A stretch of DNA of 64,000 bases from an uncultured bacterium (GCA_963749495.1 CAVVMW010000019.1:96001-160000), one strand, 5' to 3'; counted from the first letter of the stretch, positions 10,679 through 22,163 are shown. The notes: generated by a model from the letters alone, not told the origin. Program-made: numbers and translations.

Positions 10679-11696
10679 ATGAATGAGCCTTTAGTCGGTA
10701 TTGTCGTTCCTGTGTACAACGGCGCCGAATACCTCCAGGAGTGCCTCGCCGCAATCCTGTCTCAGACGTATTCCAACTGGAGAGCGGTCGTGGTTGACAA
10801 CTGCAGCCAGGACGAGACCGGGGCGGTCGCCGATGAATTCGCGCGCCGGGACGCTCGGTTCCGAGTCGTGCATTGCGCGGACTTTTTGAGCCAACAGGAG
10901 AATTACAATCGGGCCGTTGCGTGTGCTCCCGAAGGCTCGCTCTTCATCAAAATGGTGGAGGCGGACAATTGGATCGCGCCGGATTGTGTCAAACGCATGC
11001 TTGAGGTGGCGGATAGCGACGCCGAGATCGGAGTCGTTGGCGCTTATTATTTGAAGGGACTGGCCTTGATGGGCAGCGGGATCCCCTACAGGACTTGTGT
11101 TCTCTCAGGCAGAGAAGTGTGCCGTATGCACCTGCTGGAGAGCGTTTATTTTCTGGGCACTCCCACAACCTTGATGTTTCGAAAAGCAGACTCTCCAGGA
11201 TGCCTCCCCGTGTTTCCAACCAGGTCTGTTATGGGACGATGTGGACTTGTGTTTCCGCATCTTGCGCCGGTGGAAGTTCGGCTTCGTGCACCAGGTTCTG
11301 GCATTTTTGCGTGTTGATAACCATGGGGTGATGAGCCAGTATTCGGGCTTTGACTTTAATCCTGCCAGACAGCGGCTCCTGACAGAGCAATATGGGGCCA
11401 TCTGTTTGACACCGGCGGAGCTGCACCGCGCTCAGGAAGCGACAGAGCGGATCTATTTGCGGCGACTGGGACATGCGTTGGTTACGCGGCGGAACGGGCG
11501 GTATTGGGAGTTTCACCGCCAGGTTTTTCGTTTGTTGGGACGCGAACTCCGATCAAGCAGGTTGTTTTGGCCGGCCGCACTTGCATTGCTGGATCTGGTG
11601 CTGAACCCCAAGAGCAGTTGTGAGAGAATTGCCGCGCGTTTGAAGGGACCAGAGTTGGCAGCCCCTCCCGGCGACTCCGGAAAAAGCGGGGCGTGA
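10679..11696 (+). CDS. Glycosyltransferase family 2 (1-nt frameshift near 11183)
   Basis: IVVPVYNG, VVDNCSQD and EADN motifs. Removing one A from CGAAAAG gives RKQTLQDASPCFQPGLLWDDVDLCF, which runs into 11241..11696. Confidence 0.85.
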
Positions 11697-11811
11697 GACT
11701 CGCAAGGCGCCGTCAAGCCGGTTGGGGGCGCGAGCCTGGGATCACGCTTCCGCCCAGTGTCTTCGCGATAAGGGAAGGGGAAAATCCCCCCTCCGATGAG
11801 GCATCTGAATC

Positions 11812-13329
11812 GTGGCTAGCGACATTAGAAATCGCACGATCCGCGGGGTGAGCTGGAGCGCGGTGTCACAGGTTGTGACCCAGGGTTTCACGCTCGCGAT
11901 CTCCATCGTCGTGGCCCGAATCCTCGGGCCGAAGGCGTACGGGTTGATTGGGATGGTTACGGTTTTCACCGGGTTCGCAGCGCTATTCGGCGGATTGGGG
12001 CTCGGCGCGGCCATCATCCAGCGAAAGCAACTGGAACCACGGCATCTGAACACGGCCTTCTGGGTCAATGCCGTGTTTGGAAGCGCGATGACCTTGTTGG
12101 TGGTGGCCCTGGCCCCCTTGGTGGCGTGGTTTTACAGGGAACCGCGCCTGACAGCACTCACAGCCTTCATCGCACTGCGGTTTTTGCTCGACTCGCTAAA
12201 CGTGGTGCAGGGCGCCCTGCTGAGCCGTGAGATGCGTTTCCGAGGCCTCGCGGCGGTTCAGATCGGCAGCAGCGTGGCGTCCGGCCTTTTGGGTTTGGGC
12301 ATGGCGCTAGGCGGCATGGGGGTCTGGAGTCTGGTGGCGCAAACGCTCGGCGGCTCGGTGGCACAACTGCTGCTGCTGTGGAGGCTGGCCGATTGGCGAC
12401 CTTGCTGGTCCTTCGAATGGCGAGCCTGCAAAGAGTTGTTCGGGTTCAGCGCTTCGGTGCTTGGGTTCGATGTCGTGAACTACTGGGCCAGGACACTGGA
12501 TCAGTTGCTCATCGGGCGCAGTGCGGGAGCCAGCGCGCTGGGCGTTTACTCGCGGGCCTATACTTTGATGCTCCTGCCATTGACCCAGGTGTCAAGGGTG
12601 GTAATAAGTGTGATGTTTCCGGCATTATCTTCCATACAGGACGATAGACCAAGGGTCAAGCGCGCGTATTTGAAGGCCATTGGGATGATTGCGTTCCTCA
12701 CCTTTCCGATGATGGTTGGCTTGTTTGCGGTGGCAAACCATTTTGTTCTGGCGTTGCTCGGCGCCAAATGGGCGGAAACCATCCCCATTCTTAAACTCTT
12801 TTGCTGGGTGGGGCTGATCCAATCGATATTGGCCACTGTCGGGGTGATTTACACCTCTCAGGGCAAGACCGGTTTATACCTGACCATGGGGGTGATTGGT
12901 TCAGCGGGCTGCGCAATTGCGTTCCTCATCGGGATTCATTGGGGAATCATGGGTGTGGCGTGGGCGTACTCCATAACCACGGCGCTTTTTGTGTACCCGT
13001 TTTTCACAGTTCCCGGCCGGCTGATCGGCCTTTCCCTGGCAGAGGCGATGAAGGGCCTGGGCGCAACGTTCTTGTGTTCCCTGGCCATGGGGTCAATCGT
13101 GGCGGGCGCCGGGGTCTTGTTGCCGGCCGAAATGGCCCATTGGCGCTTTCTGGCAGTGCAAATCCCGCTGGGGATCGCATCCTATTTCACGCTGGTCGCC
13201 GCGTTGAAGCTCAATGCCTGGGTGGAGGTTCGGCGCGTTTTGTCGGATATGCTGCCGGGTCGTCTCGAGGCGTTGGTGCTGATGCTGCGGCGATGGGGTT
13301 TCCGGAAAAGGGGCAATTGGGCTGAATAG
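11812..13329 (+). CDS. wzx: Wzx/MOP polysaccharide flippase
   Basis: RGVSWS...LARILGP..YG, GLGAAIIQRK, LDQLLIG...LGVYSRAY and MFPALS motifs with many TM segments. Confidence 0.9.
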   Translation: MASDIRNRTIRGVSWSAVSQVVTQGFTLAISIVVARILGPKAYGLIGMVTVFTGFAALFGGLGLGAAIIQRKQLEPRHLNTAFWVNAVFGSAMTLLVVALAPLVAWFYREPRLTALTAFIALRFLLDSLNVVQGALLSREMRFRGLAAVQIGSSVASGLLGLGMALGGMGVWSLVAQTLGGSVAQLLLLWRLADWRPCWSFEWRACKELFGFSASVLGFDVVNYWARTLDQLLIGRSAGASALGVYSRAYTLMLLPLTQVSRVVISVMFPALSSIQDDRPRVKRAYLKAIGMIAFLTFPMMVGLFAVANHFVLALLGAKWAETIPILKLFCWVGLIQSILATVGVIYTSQGKTGLYLTMGVIGSAGCAIAFLIGIHWGIMGVAWAYSITTALFVYPFFTVPGRLIGLSLAEAMKGLGATFLCSLAMGSIVAGAGVLLPAEMAHWRFLAVQIPLGIASYFTLVAALKLNAWVEVRRVLSDMLPGRLEALVLMLRRWGFRKRGNWAE

Positions 13330-13387
13330 GGCGGCATAGTGTCGCAATCTTCTTGGAGAGGGATCATGCTAGAGGTCATTTTTGCCC
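13316..13387 (+). repeat. 72-bp direct repeat, copy 1 (copy 2 at 18218-18289)
   Basis: Ungapped alignment by eye gives 64/72 identical. Includes the wzx stop codon, the GGAGAGGG RBS and an ATG. Confidence 0.9.
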
Positions 13388-13695
13388 GAGTTCGACGAGC
13401 TGTTTGCGGTGTCCGACGGCCCGGCAACGGCTGCGCCCCGATGAATGCCGCCGACTGCCCGGTGGCAGACCCCATCTCGCGCACGATTTGTTTGAGTTCA
13501 CCCCCAGGCGCAATAGCCTGTCCGGCAGCCGCTTGCGGCGAATCGAGGCCGCTTTTTTGCCGAAGGTTTGCAGGAAGCTGATTTTGGTTGCAAATTGATT
13601 CAGAATGCCATAGAATGAGGCCGCATGTGATTATCGGGGGAATCCCCCCGGCTTTGCCGAGGAGACTCTCAGGGTTCGACATACGTACTCGTTCT

Positions 13696-16600
13696 ATGAC
13701 GCCTCTGAAGCATAAGACCAGAGCCGAGGGCGCGGTTACCATCACGCGTATCGCGTGCCTCGCCCTGCTCGTCCCGATTGTGGTTAGTGGGGGGGTGGGT
13801 CCGGCCTACCCGCTCAAGCTGTCTGCCGGGAATCATTATCTGGTGGACCAGGCCGGAACGCCGTTTTTCATCCAGGGCGAGGCCGCCTGGTCGCTGATTG
13901 CGCAACTAGATACGGCGGACGTGGAGACGTATCTGAGTGACCGTTTGGGCGAAGGGTTTCAACACGATCATCGTGAACCTGATTGAGCATTATTATGCCG
14001 ACAATGCCCCGGCGAATTACTACGGAGTTTATCCGTTCACCAACAAACTGAGCGGCGGCTATTGGGATTTCAGCAGTATCAACCCTGATTATTTTACCAA
14101 CTCCGACGCGGCGATCAGTCGCGCGGGTTACTATGGTATCCAAGTGATTCTTGCTCCGGCCTATCTTGGCTATGACGGGGGTTCCCAGGGCTGGTATCAG
14201 GACATGATAAACAACAGCCTTGTCAATCTTACGAATTGGGGCACTTTTGTTGGGAACAGATACAAGGGATACACGAACATCATCTGGTTGAGCGGCTGCG
14301 ATTACGAGGCTCCTAACAAGACAGTGGTAGATGCTGTAGCAACGGGCATTCTTCAATCTGACCCGAATCACTTGATGACCGCGCACTGCGTCCGGGGCGA
14401 CTCGGCCTTCGATTACTACACGGAATCCTGGGACAAGTTCGATTCGACCTACACCGCGAACATCACCTACATAAAAACACTTTCGGATTATCAGCGCAGT
14501 CCGGTTTCGCCCACCTTTCTCATAGAGGCATACTATGAAGTCCCTGGCAATTCAAGTTACCCGGCTATTCAAACCCGGCAGGAGGCTTACGGGGCAGTGC
14601 TGAGCGGGGCGATGGGCGGTTGTTTCGGGGTGGACAAGATTGATGTCTTTTCATCCGGCTGGCAGGCAAATCTCCAAAGCCCCGGTTCGCTCGCCTACAC
14701 GAACCTGATAAAGCTGGTTCGGACGCGACCTTGGTACAACTGCGTCCCCGACAGCGGGCATACGGTGGTGACAAGCGGTTACGGCACCTCGGGGCAGACG
14801 GACTACATCACGGCGATGCGGGAGAGCACTGGCAAGACTATCATCGCGTATGTTCCACAGGATCAAATGACGTTTACCGTTGCGATGAATCAGATTTCAG
14901 GCAGCACTGTGAACGCGTGGTGGTATAATCCGCGGGACGGGACCGCGACCCTCTTCGCTGCTTACGCGACGAGCGGGAGCCAGTCCTTCACTCCACCGGA
15001 CGCAAGTGATTGGGTGCTCGTGTTGGACGATGCTTCGCAGAACTATGTTCCTCCGGGGGGTGCGGTGGCGGCGGAGTTGGCGGTGACCAGCACCAGTCTG
15101 CCAAACGCGGTGGCAGGTGCGGCCTACTCGTTTCAATTGCAGGCAGGTGGAGGGACTCCTCCCTACGGTTGGACCTTGGCCGCCGGCGCGCTGCCATCGG
15201 GGCTGGCTCTGGCACCCGACGGACTGGTGAACGGCACCCCGGGGACAGCCGGAACATTTGATTTTACTGTTCAGGTGACGGACGCGAATTCGGCGAGCGC
15301 GGCTCAGGCATTGGTGTTGACGGTGGGTGCGGGGCCCACGATCACAGCGCAGCCGCAGAGCGCGGCGGTGGCGGCTGGGCAGGCGGCGCAATTCACGGTG
15401 GTGGCGAGCGGGACGGCGCCGTTGAGTTACCAGTGGCAGTTTGGTGGAACGGCGATTGCCGGGGCGACGGCCGGCAGCTACAGCATCGCCAGCGTGCAGG
15501 CGGCCAACGCGGGCAGTTATAGCGTGGTGGTGGCGAACAACTACGGGAGCGTGACCAGCAGCGCGGCGGTGCTGACGGTGGGTGCGGGGCCCACGATCAC
15601 AGCGCAGCCGCAGAGCGCGGCGGTGGCGGCTGGGCAGGCGGCGCAATTCACGGTGGGGGCGAGCGGGACGGCGCCGTTGAGTTACCAGTGGCAGTTTGGT
15701 GGAGTGGCGATTGCCGGGGCGACGGCCAGCGGCTACAGCATCGCCAGCGCGCAGGCGGCCAACGCGGGCAGTTACAGCGTGGTGGTGACGAACAACTACG
15801 GGAGCGTGACCAGCAGCGCGGCGGTGTTGACGGTGCAGCCAGGCGGGGGCGGCGCGACCGATCTGCTCAGCCAAATGAATCCCAATTTCGTCTGGTTGAG
15901 TCAAACGCTGGCAAGTGGCAATGTGACGACATGGATTGATTTGTCAAACAGCCTGGCGTTCACGACGTCGAAACAGAGGAGGGGCAATTATCCCACCAAC
16001 AACACTGCCGCCAATGCTGGCGTGTATTTCAATGGGAATGGCAGTTGCTTTATGACGAACACGGGCATTGCCTTGAGCGGGAGTGGAAACTGGACCATAG
16101 CCTCTACTATAATGACGCCCGGCCTCAGTTTCTATTACGGGAGCCTGGGTTCAGATGTGAACGGGCATAACGGGGCCTTTTGGTCTTGTCACCCGGTGTG
16201 CTTGGATTTGTGCTGGGGCAACAGCGACCACGAAAGTCCAGCATCTTCCCTTGCGGCTGGAGTTCGTTACAACATAATGGTTTCGTCGAGCGCCGGGGCA
16301 AGGACGGTGTGGACTAACGGTGTTCAACTGATGACCGCCAATGGATTCCCAACTTGGGTCCTTTCCAACATTGGTGACGATAGTGGAGACGCATACAAAG
16401 GCTATATCCAGAGATTTGTTGTCTGGACCAATGCCGCGAAGACGCTCACCGACGCCGTGAACTGGAATACGTATTGTAGCACCAGCAATGCGGGGCCCAC
16501 GATCACGGCGCAGCCGCAGAGCGTGGCGGTGGCGGCTGGGCAGGCGGCGCAATTCACGGTGGGGGCGAGCGGGACGGCTCCGTTGAGTTACCAGTGGCAG

Positions 16601-18165
16601 TTTGGTGGAACGGCGATTGCCGGGGCGACGGCCAGCGGCTACAGCATCGCCAGCGTGCAGGCGGCCAACGCGGGCAGTTATAGCGTGGTGGTGACGAACA
16701 ACTACGGGAGCGTGACGAGCAGCGCGGCGGTGTTGACGGTGGGTGCGGGGCCCACGATCACAGCGCAGCCGCAGAGCGCGGCGGTGGCGGCTGGGCAGGC
16801 GGCGCAATTCACGGTGGGGGCGAGCGGGACGGCTCCGTTGAGTTACCAGTGGCAGTTTGGTGGAACGGCGATTGCCGGGGCGACGGCCAGCAGCTACAGC
16901 ATCGCCAGCGCGCAGGCGGCCAACGCGGGCAGTTACAGCGTGGTGGTGACGAACAACTACGGGAGCGTGACCAGCAGCGCGGCGGTGTTGACGATGGGTG
17001 CGGGGCCACGATCACAGCGCAGCCGCAGAGCGTGGCGGTGGCGGCAGGGCAGACGGCGCAATTCACGGTGGTGGCGAGCGGGACGGCGCCGTTGAGTTAC
17101 CAGTGGCAGTTTGGCGGAGCGGCGATTGCCGGGGCGACGGCCAGCAGCTACAGCATCGCCAGCGTGCAGGCGGCCAACGCGGGCAGTTATAGCGTGGTGG
17201 TGACGAACAACTACGGGAGCGTGACCAGCAGCGCGGCGGTGCTGACGGTGGGTGCGGGGCCCACGATCACAGCGCAGCCGCAGAGCGCGGCGGTGGCGGC
17301 TGGGCAGGCGGCGCAATTCACGGTGGGGGCGAGCGGGACGGCGCCGTTGAGTTACCAGTGGCAGTTTGGTGGAGTGGCGATTGCCGGGGCGACGGCCAGC
17401 GGCTACAGCATCGCCAGCGCGCAGGCGGCCAACGCGGGCAGTTACAGCGTGGTGGTGACGAACAACTACGGGAGCGTGACCAGCAGCGCGGCGGTGTTGA
17501 CGGTGCAGCCAGGCGGGGGCGGTGCGAGCGATCTGCTCAGCCAAATGAATCCCAATTTCGTCTGGTTAAGCAAAACACTGGCAAGTGGCAATGTGACGAC
17601 ATGGACTGATTTGTCAAACAGCCTGGCCTTCAGGACGTCGAAACAGACGAAGGGCAATTATCCGACCAACAACACTGCCGCCAATGCCGGCGTATATTTC
17701 AATGGGAATGGCAGTTGCTTTATGACGAACACGGGCATTGCCTTGAGCGGGAGTGGAAACTGGACCATAGCCTCTACTATAATGACGCCCGGCCTCAGTT
17801 TCTATTACGGGAGCCTGGGTTCAGATGTGAAGGGGAATAACGGGGTCTTTTGGTCTTGTCAACCGGTGTGCTTGGATTTGTTTTGGGGCAACACCGACCA
17901 CGAAAGTCCAGCGTCTTCCCTCGCGGCTGGAGTTCGCTACAACATGATGGTTTCGTCGAGCGCCGGGGCAAGTACGGTGTGGACTAACGGCGTTCAACTG
18001 ATGACCACCAAGGGATTCCCAACTTGGATCCTTTCCAACATTGGTGACAATAGTGGAGACGCATACAAAGGCTATATCCAGAGATTTGTTGTCTGGACCA
18101 ATGCCGCGAAGACGCTCACCGACGCCGTGAACTGGAATACGTATTGTAGCACCAACAATCCATGA
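13696..18165 (+). CDS. Large secreted protein (~1,489 aa): DUF4038 (apiosidase/GH140-like) + putative collagen-binding domain + He_PIG Ig + 6 Ig repeats + 2 LamG-like domains; two 1-nt indels
   Basis: YLVDQAGTPFFIQGEAAW, YL.DR..KGFN, E.YYE and WWYNPRDG...DWVLVLD motifs. An extra T near 13945 (GACCGTTTGG vs GACCGTTGG in the paralog) and a missing C near 17006 (254-bp vs 255-bp repeat unit) join ORFs 13588..13986, 13937..17095 and 16849..18165. Confidence 0.8.
15326..17505 (+). repeat. Six near-identical 255-bp Ig-domain repeats (starts 15326, 15581, 16487, 16742, 16997, 17251)
   Basis: 85-aa unit GAGPTITAQPQS..VAAGQ.AQFTV.ASGTAPLSYQWQFGG...GSY.VVV.NNYGSVTSSAAVLTV. Interrupted by a ~650-bp domain (15836-16486) that is duplicated at 17506-18160. 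Confidence 0.95.
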
Positions 18166-18217
18166 AACGTGTTCTTCCTCTTCTGACGGCGCTGTTCTTC
18201 TGTCTCGGCCTGCTTGG

Positions 18218-18289
18218 ATTGGGCTGAACAGGGCGCCATAGTGTCGTAATCTTTTTGGAGAGGGATCATGCGAGACGTTATTGTTGCCC
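18218..18289 (+). repeat. 72-bp direct repeat, copy 2
   Basis: Matches 13316-13387 and supplies the RBS and ATG of the CheR-like gene. Confidence 0.9.
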
Positions 18290-19308
18290 AAATGTCGAGG
18301 TCGAGAATTGTTCGAAGGTGTTTGGGCCGGCCCTATATGGCTTTCAGCAAGTGGCTTTGGGCCCGCCTTCCTTCCTCTGTAGCCGCGTCCCGCGTGGCGG
18401 TCTGGTACGGCCGGCATCTGCACAAACTGGTTCAATTACGAGGCGACCGACGGATGTCTATTGGCACGTATTTTCTTCGGAATCGGCCTGAGCTGGAATG
18501 CATGTGCCGCTTGTCGGATCATAGGGATAAGGGGTCGTCCTTGGCGATCTCCGTTTTGGCCTGCAGCAAAGGCGCTGAGGTATATTCGATTGCGTTTGCG
18601 CTCCGCACCGCGCGCCCTGACCTGAAAGTCGGGATACGTGCGTTGGACATCTCGAAGGAGGTTTTAGAATTCGCCGAGGCGGGACACTACTCCCTTAAGG
18701 CCCTCGGTGGATTAAGCTGGCCGAACCCCTCGCTGATTGCCGAAAAGGGGGAATTGGCCTGGAACACCTGGAGGGGCCAGAACATTTCCATCTTTGAGAG
18801 AATGACTCCGGCAGAGATGGAGGCGATGTTCGACAAGGAAGGAGATGAAGTCAGGGTCAAGCCACGGTTCAGGGAGGGGATTACCTGGCAGGTTGGCGAT
18901 GCCGCAGATCCAGAACTGGCCAACAGGCTGGAGCCTCAGGATGTCGTGGTGGCGAGCAATTTCCTGTGTCATCTGGGGCCGGAGGATGCGGAAAAATGTC
19001 TGCGCAACATTGCCCGGCTGGTCAAACCGGGCGGATACTTGTTTGTCTCGGGTGTAGATTTGCAGGTGCGGACAAAAGTTGCCTCGGAACTCTGCTGGGA
19101 GCCGGTCACAGACCTTATAAAGGAGATGCACGAGGGTGATCCTTCGTTGAGAACTGTCTGGCCATGGAACTACTGCGCCCTGGAACCACTGGATTCACGG
19201 CGCGCCGATTGGAACATTCGCTATGCTTCAGTGTTTCAAATTGGCGAAATCTCTGACTCAACAAGCGGTGATGCGCAAGGTTGTCCCTATGAAGATTGGC
19301 CTTCTTGA
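18268..19308 (+). CDS. CheR-type SAM methyltransferase (orphan)
   Basis: TYFLRN, LACSKGAEVYSIA, ALDIS, DVVVASNFLCH and LVKPGGYLF parallel the CheR motifs. Confidence 0.75.
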   Translation: MRDVIVAQMSRSRIVRRCLGRPYMAFSKWLWARLPSSVAASRVAVWYGRHLHKLVQLRGDRRMSIGTYFLRNRPELECMCRLSDHRDKGSSLAISVLACSKGAEVYSIAFALRTARPDLKVGIRALDISKEVLEFAEAGHYSLKALGGLSWPNPSLIAEKGELAWNTWRGQNISIFERMTPAEMEAMFDKEGDEVRVKPRFREGITWQVGDAADPELANRLEPQDVVVASNFLCHLGPEDAEKCLRNIARLVKPGGYLFVSGVDLQVRTKVASELCWEPVTDLIKEMHEGDPSLRTVWPWNYCALEPLDSRRADWNIRYASVFQIGEISDSTSGDAQGCPYEDWPS

Positions 19309-20572
19309 CGCCATGGGCTATGGCAACCTGGGCGACGCTGCCACCCAGGACGCGGTTATCGCGAGCATCAGAACGCGCCGGCCACAAGCTCGGATTGTTG
19401 GTTTTTCACTCGTTCCCGACAACACCGTGAAACGGCATGGCATTGCTTGCTACCCTATCACACGGCACTCTCAGGGGAATGCCTCACAATCGCAGAAAGC
19501 CAGCGGGCCCAGAAACGTCAAGTCCGCAGTTAAGTCGGCCTGCAGAAGGGTGCCCGTCTTGCACGCTCTGGCTAAGGCCGCGGCAGACATCGTGCGGGAA
19601 GGCATGTTTCTCGCCCGCTCATACAGGGTGTTGCGAAATCTTGACGCTCTAATCATGTCAGGGGGTGGCCAGTTGGATGACTTGTGGGGGGGGGCCTGGG
19701 CGCACCCCTACAATCTCTTCAAATTCGCGGTTCTAGCCAAACTCGCAGGCAGAAAACTCTATTTTCTCAATGTCGGAGCCGAACCGTTGGAATATCGGCT
19801 TAGCAGGTTCTTCGCAAAGTCCGCTGTCCAGTTAGCTGATTACGTTTCCTTTCGTGACGACTACTCGCAGGCGGTCGTGCAAAATCTGGGGGTGACCAGG
19901 GAGACTTGTGTCCGCCCGGACTGCGCTTACGCTCTGGACGTAAGCGAATATCGAAACGGAAGTTCCGTAGGCTCCGCGACGGCGACAGTGGGGATTAATG
20001 TGATGGGCTTTTGCGATCCGCGCGTCTGGCCCCGCAAGGAGCAGCCTGTTTACGAGGCATACTTGGAAAAGATGACCAAGTTTTGTCTCTGGCTCGTGGA
20101 GCGAGGCCACAGCCTGAGACTATTCAGCACCAGCCTTGGTATTGATAAGCGGGCTATCGCCGATTTGAAGGGACGACTTCTTCAGAGGTGCATCTTGGGC
20201 GATTGCAATGGCGGGGCGTTTCAGAGCTCCGGCGAGCCAGTCAAGGAAGTCCTGTGCGGGGTTGTTCAAGAAGTGCTGGCAGAGATCGCAAGGTGTGACT
20301 TTGTCCTCACCGCAAAATACCATGGCGTGATTTTTTCCCACCTGTTGCGCAAGCCCGTGATTGCCCTGAGCTATCAGAGGAAGACCGAGGTTGCGATGAA
20401 GGCGATTGGCCTGGGAGATTTCTGTGCGAGTATTGAGCACTTTGAAAGCGACTGGCTGATCGGCGCGTTTCGTTCGCTGGTTCGGAGTTGCGAAGCCATA
20501 AAGTCCCAAGAAGCCACTGCGACAGCCGCATACGCGGAGACGCTGCGCAGGCAGTTCGACAAACTCTTTTAG
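19289..20572 (+). CDS. Polysaccharide pyruvyl transferase family protein
   Basis: GYGNLGDAA, SGGGQLDD, SFRDDYS, PDCAYAL and KYHGVIFS motifs. Confidence 0.88.
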   Translation: MKIGLLDAMGYGNLGDAATQDAVIASIRTRRPQARIVGFSLVPDNTVKRHGIACYPITRHSQGNASQSQKASGPRNVKSAVKSACRRVPVLHALAKAAADIVREGMFLARSYRVLRNLDALIMSGGGQLDDLWGGAWAHPYNLFKFAVLAKLAGRKLYFLNVGAEPLEYRLSRFFAKSAVQLADYVSFRDDYSQAVVQNLGVTRETCVRPDCAYALDVSEYRNGSSVGSATATVGINVMGFCDPRVWPRKEQPVYEAYLEKMTKFCLWLVERGHSLRLFSTSLGIDKRAIADLKGRLLQRCILGDCNGGAFQSSGEPVKEVLCGVVQEVLAEIARCDFVLTAKYHGVIFSHLLRKPVIALSYQRKTEVAMKAIGLGDFCASIEHFESDWLIGAFRSLVRSCEAIKSQEATATAAYAETLRRQFDKLF

Positions 20573-20820
20573 ACAGCGGATCAGGTGCCGAAGAGTGCGC
20601 CTGCGAAGACGTGGACGTAAGCAGGCCATTCGTCAGGACAGCACAAACATTCACGCCGCCGGACGGAATGGACTGGGTCTTCGTCGCACGCGGTTCTTCG
20701 CAACATTGTGTGGCGCCGGGTACTTATTCCCAAGATGGAGCGGATCGCTCCTCTTCGCGCTTTTACCCGCCGGTGTATCATTAAGATAAAAATCGTGGCA
20801 GGGTTGAAGGTGAAAGTCGT

Positions 20821-21735
20821 ATGAAACTGCAATTACAGAAACCTGAATGGGTGTACTTCAATGGAGCAATTCGTCGTTGGGAGGAGGCGGTGCTGCATGT
20901 CTCGACGGAAGGTGTGAATCGGGGATTGAGTGTTTTCGAGGGGATAAGGTGCTACACGCAACACGACGGGGTGGGTTTCGGCCTATTGGCCCTGCCTCGC
21001 CATTTTTCGCGGCTGCGGAGATCGGCGAGGTTACTTCATATTCCGTTCTTGACGCCTTATGCGGATTTTGAATGCGTCTGTCACCAGCTCGTTCAGAAGT
21101 TGAGGAAGCCCGGGAGCGACATGTGGGTCAGGGCGACATTGTTCGTTGTTGAGGGCCAATGGGGTGAGGGCACCGTTTCGGACCTGGTCTTGACCGCGTA
21201 CCAACAATCGACAGAACTTCCGCAGCCGATCAAGCTGGGTGTGAGCACCTGGAGACGGTCGAGCAACGTCTCTCTGCCGGCGCGAATCAAGGCCGCGTCG
21301 AACTACCAAGTGGGCCGCATGGCTCGAATCGAGGGGAGAAGCAGAGGATATTCTGAGATGATATTGCTTAACCAATGGGGGCGTGTTGCCGAGGCAACGG
21401 GGTCCTGCGTGTTGATGGTGCGGAACGGCGTTGTTGTTACTCCACCGGCATCTGAAGGTGCCCTGGAGAGCATCACCTTGGAAATCGCGCGAGACCTTTG
21501 CAGCAGTCTGCGAATACCCTTCGAATGTCAACCTATTGACCGAACAGAGCTGTATGTGGCTGAAGAGATTGCCTTGGTGGGGACGTTGTCGGAAATCACG
21601 ATGGTCGAATCGGTAGACGGTTTTGAACTGTCCGGAGAGACAGGGATTCTCGCTCGGGTTATTTCCCGCTTCAGAGACGCTGCCCGGGGCCGTGAAAGGC
21701 ATGCAGCGGTGGATCTTTCCTTGGTGAACGACTAG
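20821..21735 (+). CDS. Class IV PLP aminotransferase (branched-chain amino acid transaminase-like)
   Basis: SVFEGIRCY, HFSRLRRSA, RIKAASNY (PLP Lys), EATGS, LESIT and GTLSEI motifs. Confidence 0.85.
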   Translation: MKLQLQKPEWVYFNGAIRRWEEAVLHVSTEGVNRGLSVFEGIRCYTQHDGVGFGLLALPRHFSRLRRSARLLHIPFLTPYADFECVCHQLVQKLRKPGSDMWVRATLFVVEGQWGEGTVSDLVLTAYQQSTELPQPIKLGVSTWRRSSNVSLPARIKAASNYQVGRMARIEGRSRGYSEMILLNQWGRVAEATGSCVLMVRNGVVVTPPASEGALESITLEIARDLCSSLRIPFECQPIDRTELYVAEEIALVGTLSEITMVESVDGFELSGETGILARVISRFRDAARGRERHAAVDLSLVND

Positions 21736-21833
21736 TTCGAAGAACACTGCGCATAGCGACCCATTCAACAAATGGGCGCGCAGGAACCGAAGCGGGGCCG
21801 GGCATTAATGTCGGCCTGAAACTGGGAGGGGCA

Positions 21834-22163
21834 ATGAGAGCGCAGTTTGAGCACGTTCGGGAGCAGGGATTGGAGGACCATTTCGAGGTGAGGGGCCGGC
21901 CGTGCTGTCTGACGTATGCAACTCTGGACCAAAAGAAGGAATCCTCGCAAGCCTTTCGCACTCTCTTTCTGCAGGAAACCATGAAGCGCGGCGTACTGCT
22001 CCCGTCACTGGTGGTCAGCTACTCACATTCAGACTCCGACATCCAGCAGACTGTGGATGGCATCGCCGCGGCGCTGCTCGTCTACCGCCGGGCACTGGAA
22101 GAGGGGATTGACCGGCATCTGCAAGGCCGGCCAGTCAAACCGGTCTTCCGCAAGTTCAACTAG
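21834..22163 (+). pseudogene. C-terminal fragment of a HemL-like class III aminotransferase
   Basis: SQAFRTLFLQETMKRGVLLPSLVVSYSHSDSDIQQTV...GRPVKPVFRKFN. Only ~110 aa, with no room upstream for the N-terminal three quarters. Confidence 0.7.

Noticed and set aside
15326..17505. Regular repeats as a possible CRISPR array or DGR template/variable pair
   Set aside because: Units are in-frame 255-bp coding Ig domains without unique spacers. There is no cas or reverse transcriptase gene, and differences are not adenine-specific.
18268..19308. Chemotaxis operon
   Set aside because: No cheA, cheB, cheW, cheY or MCP genes nearby.
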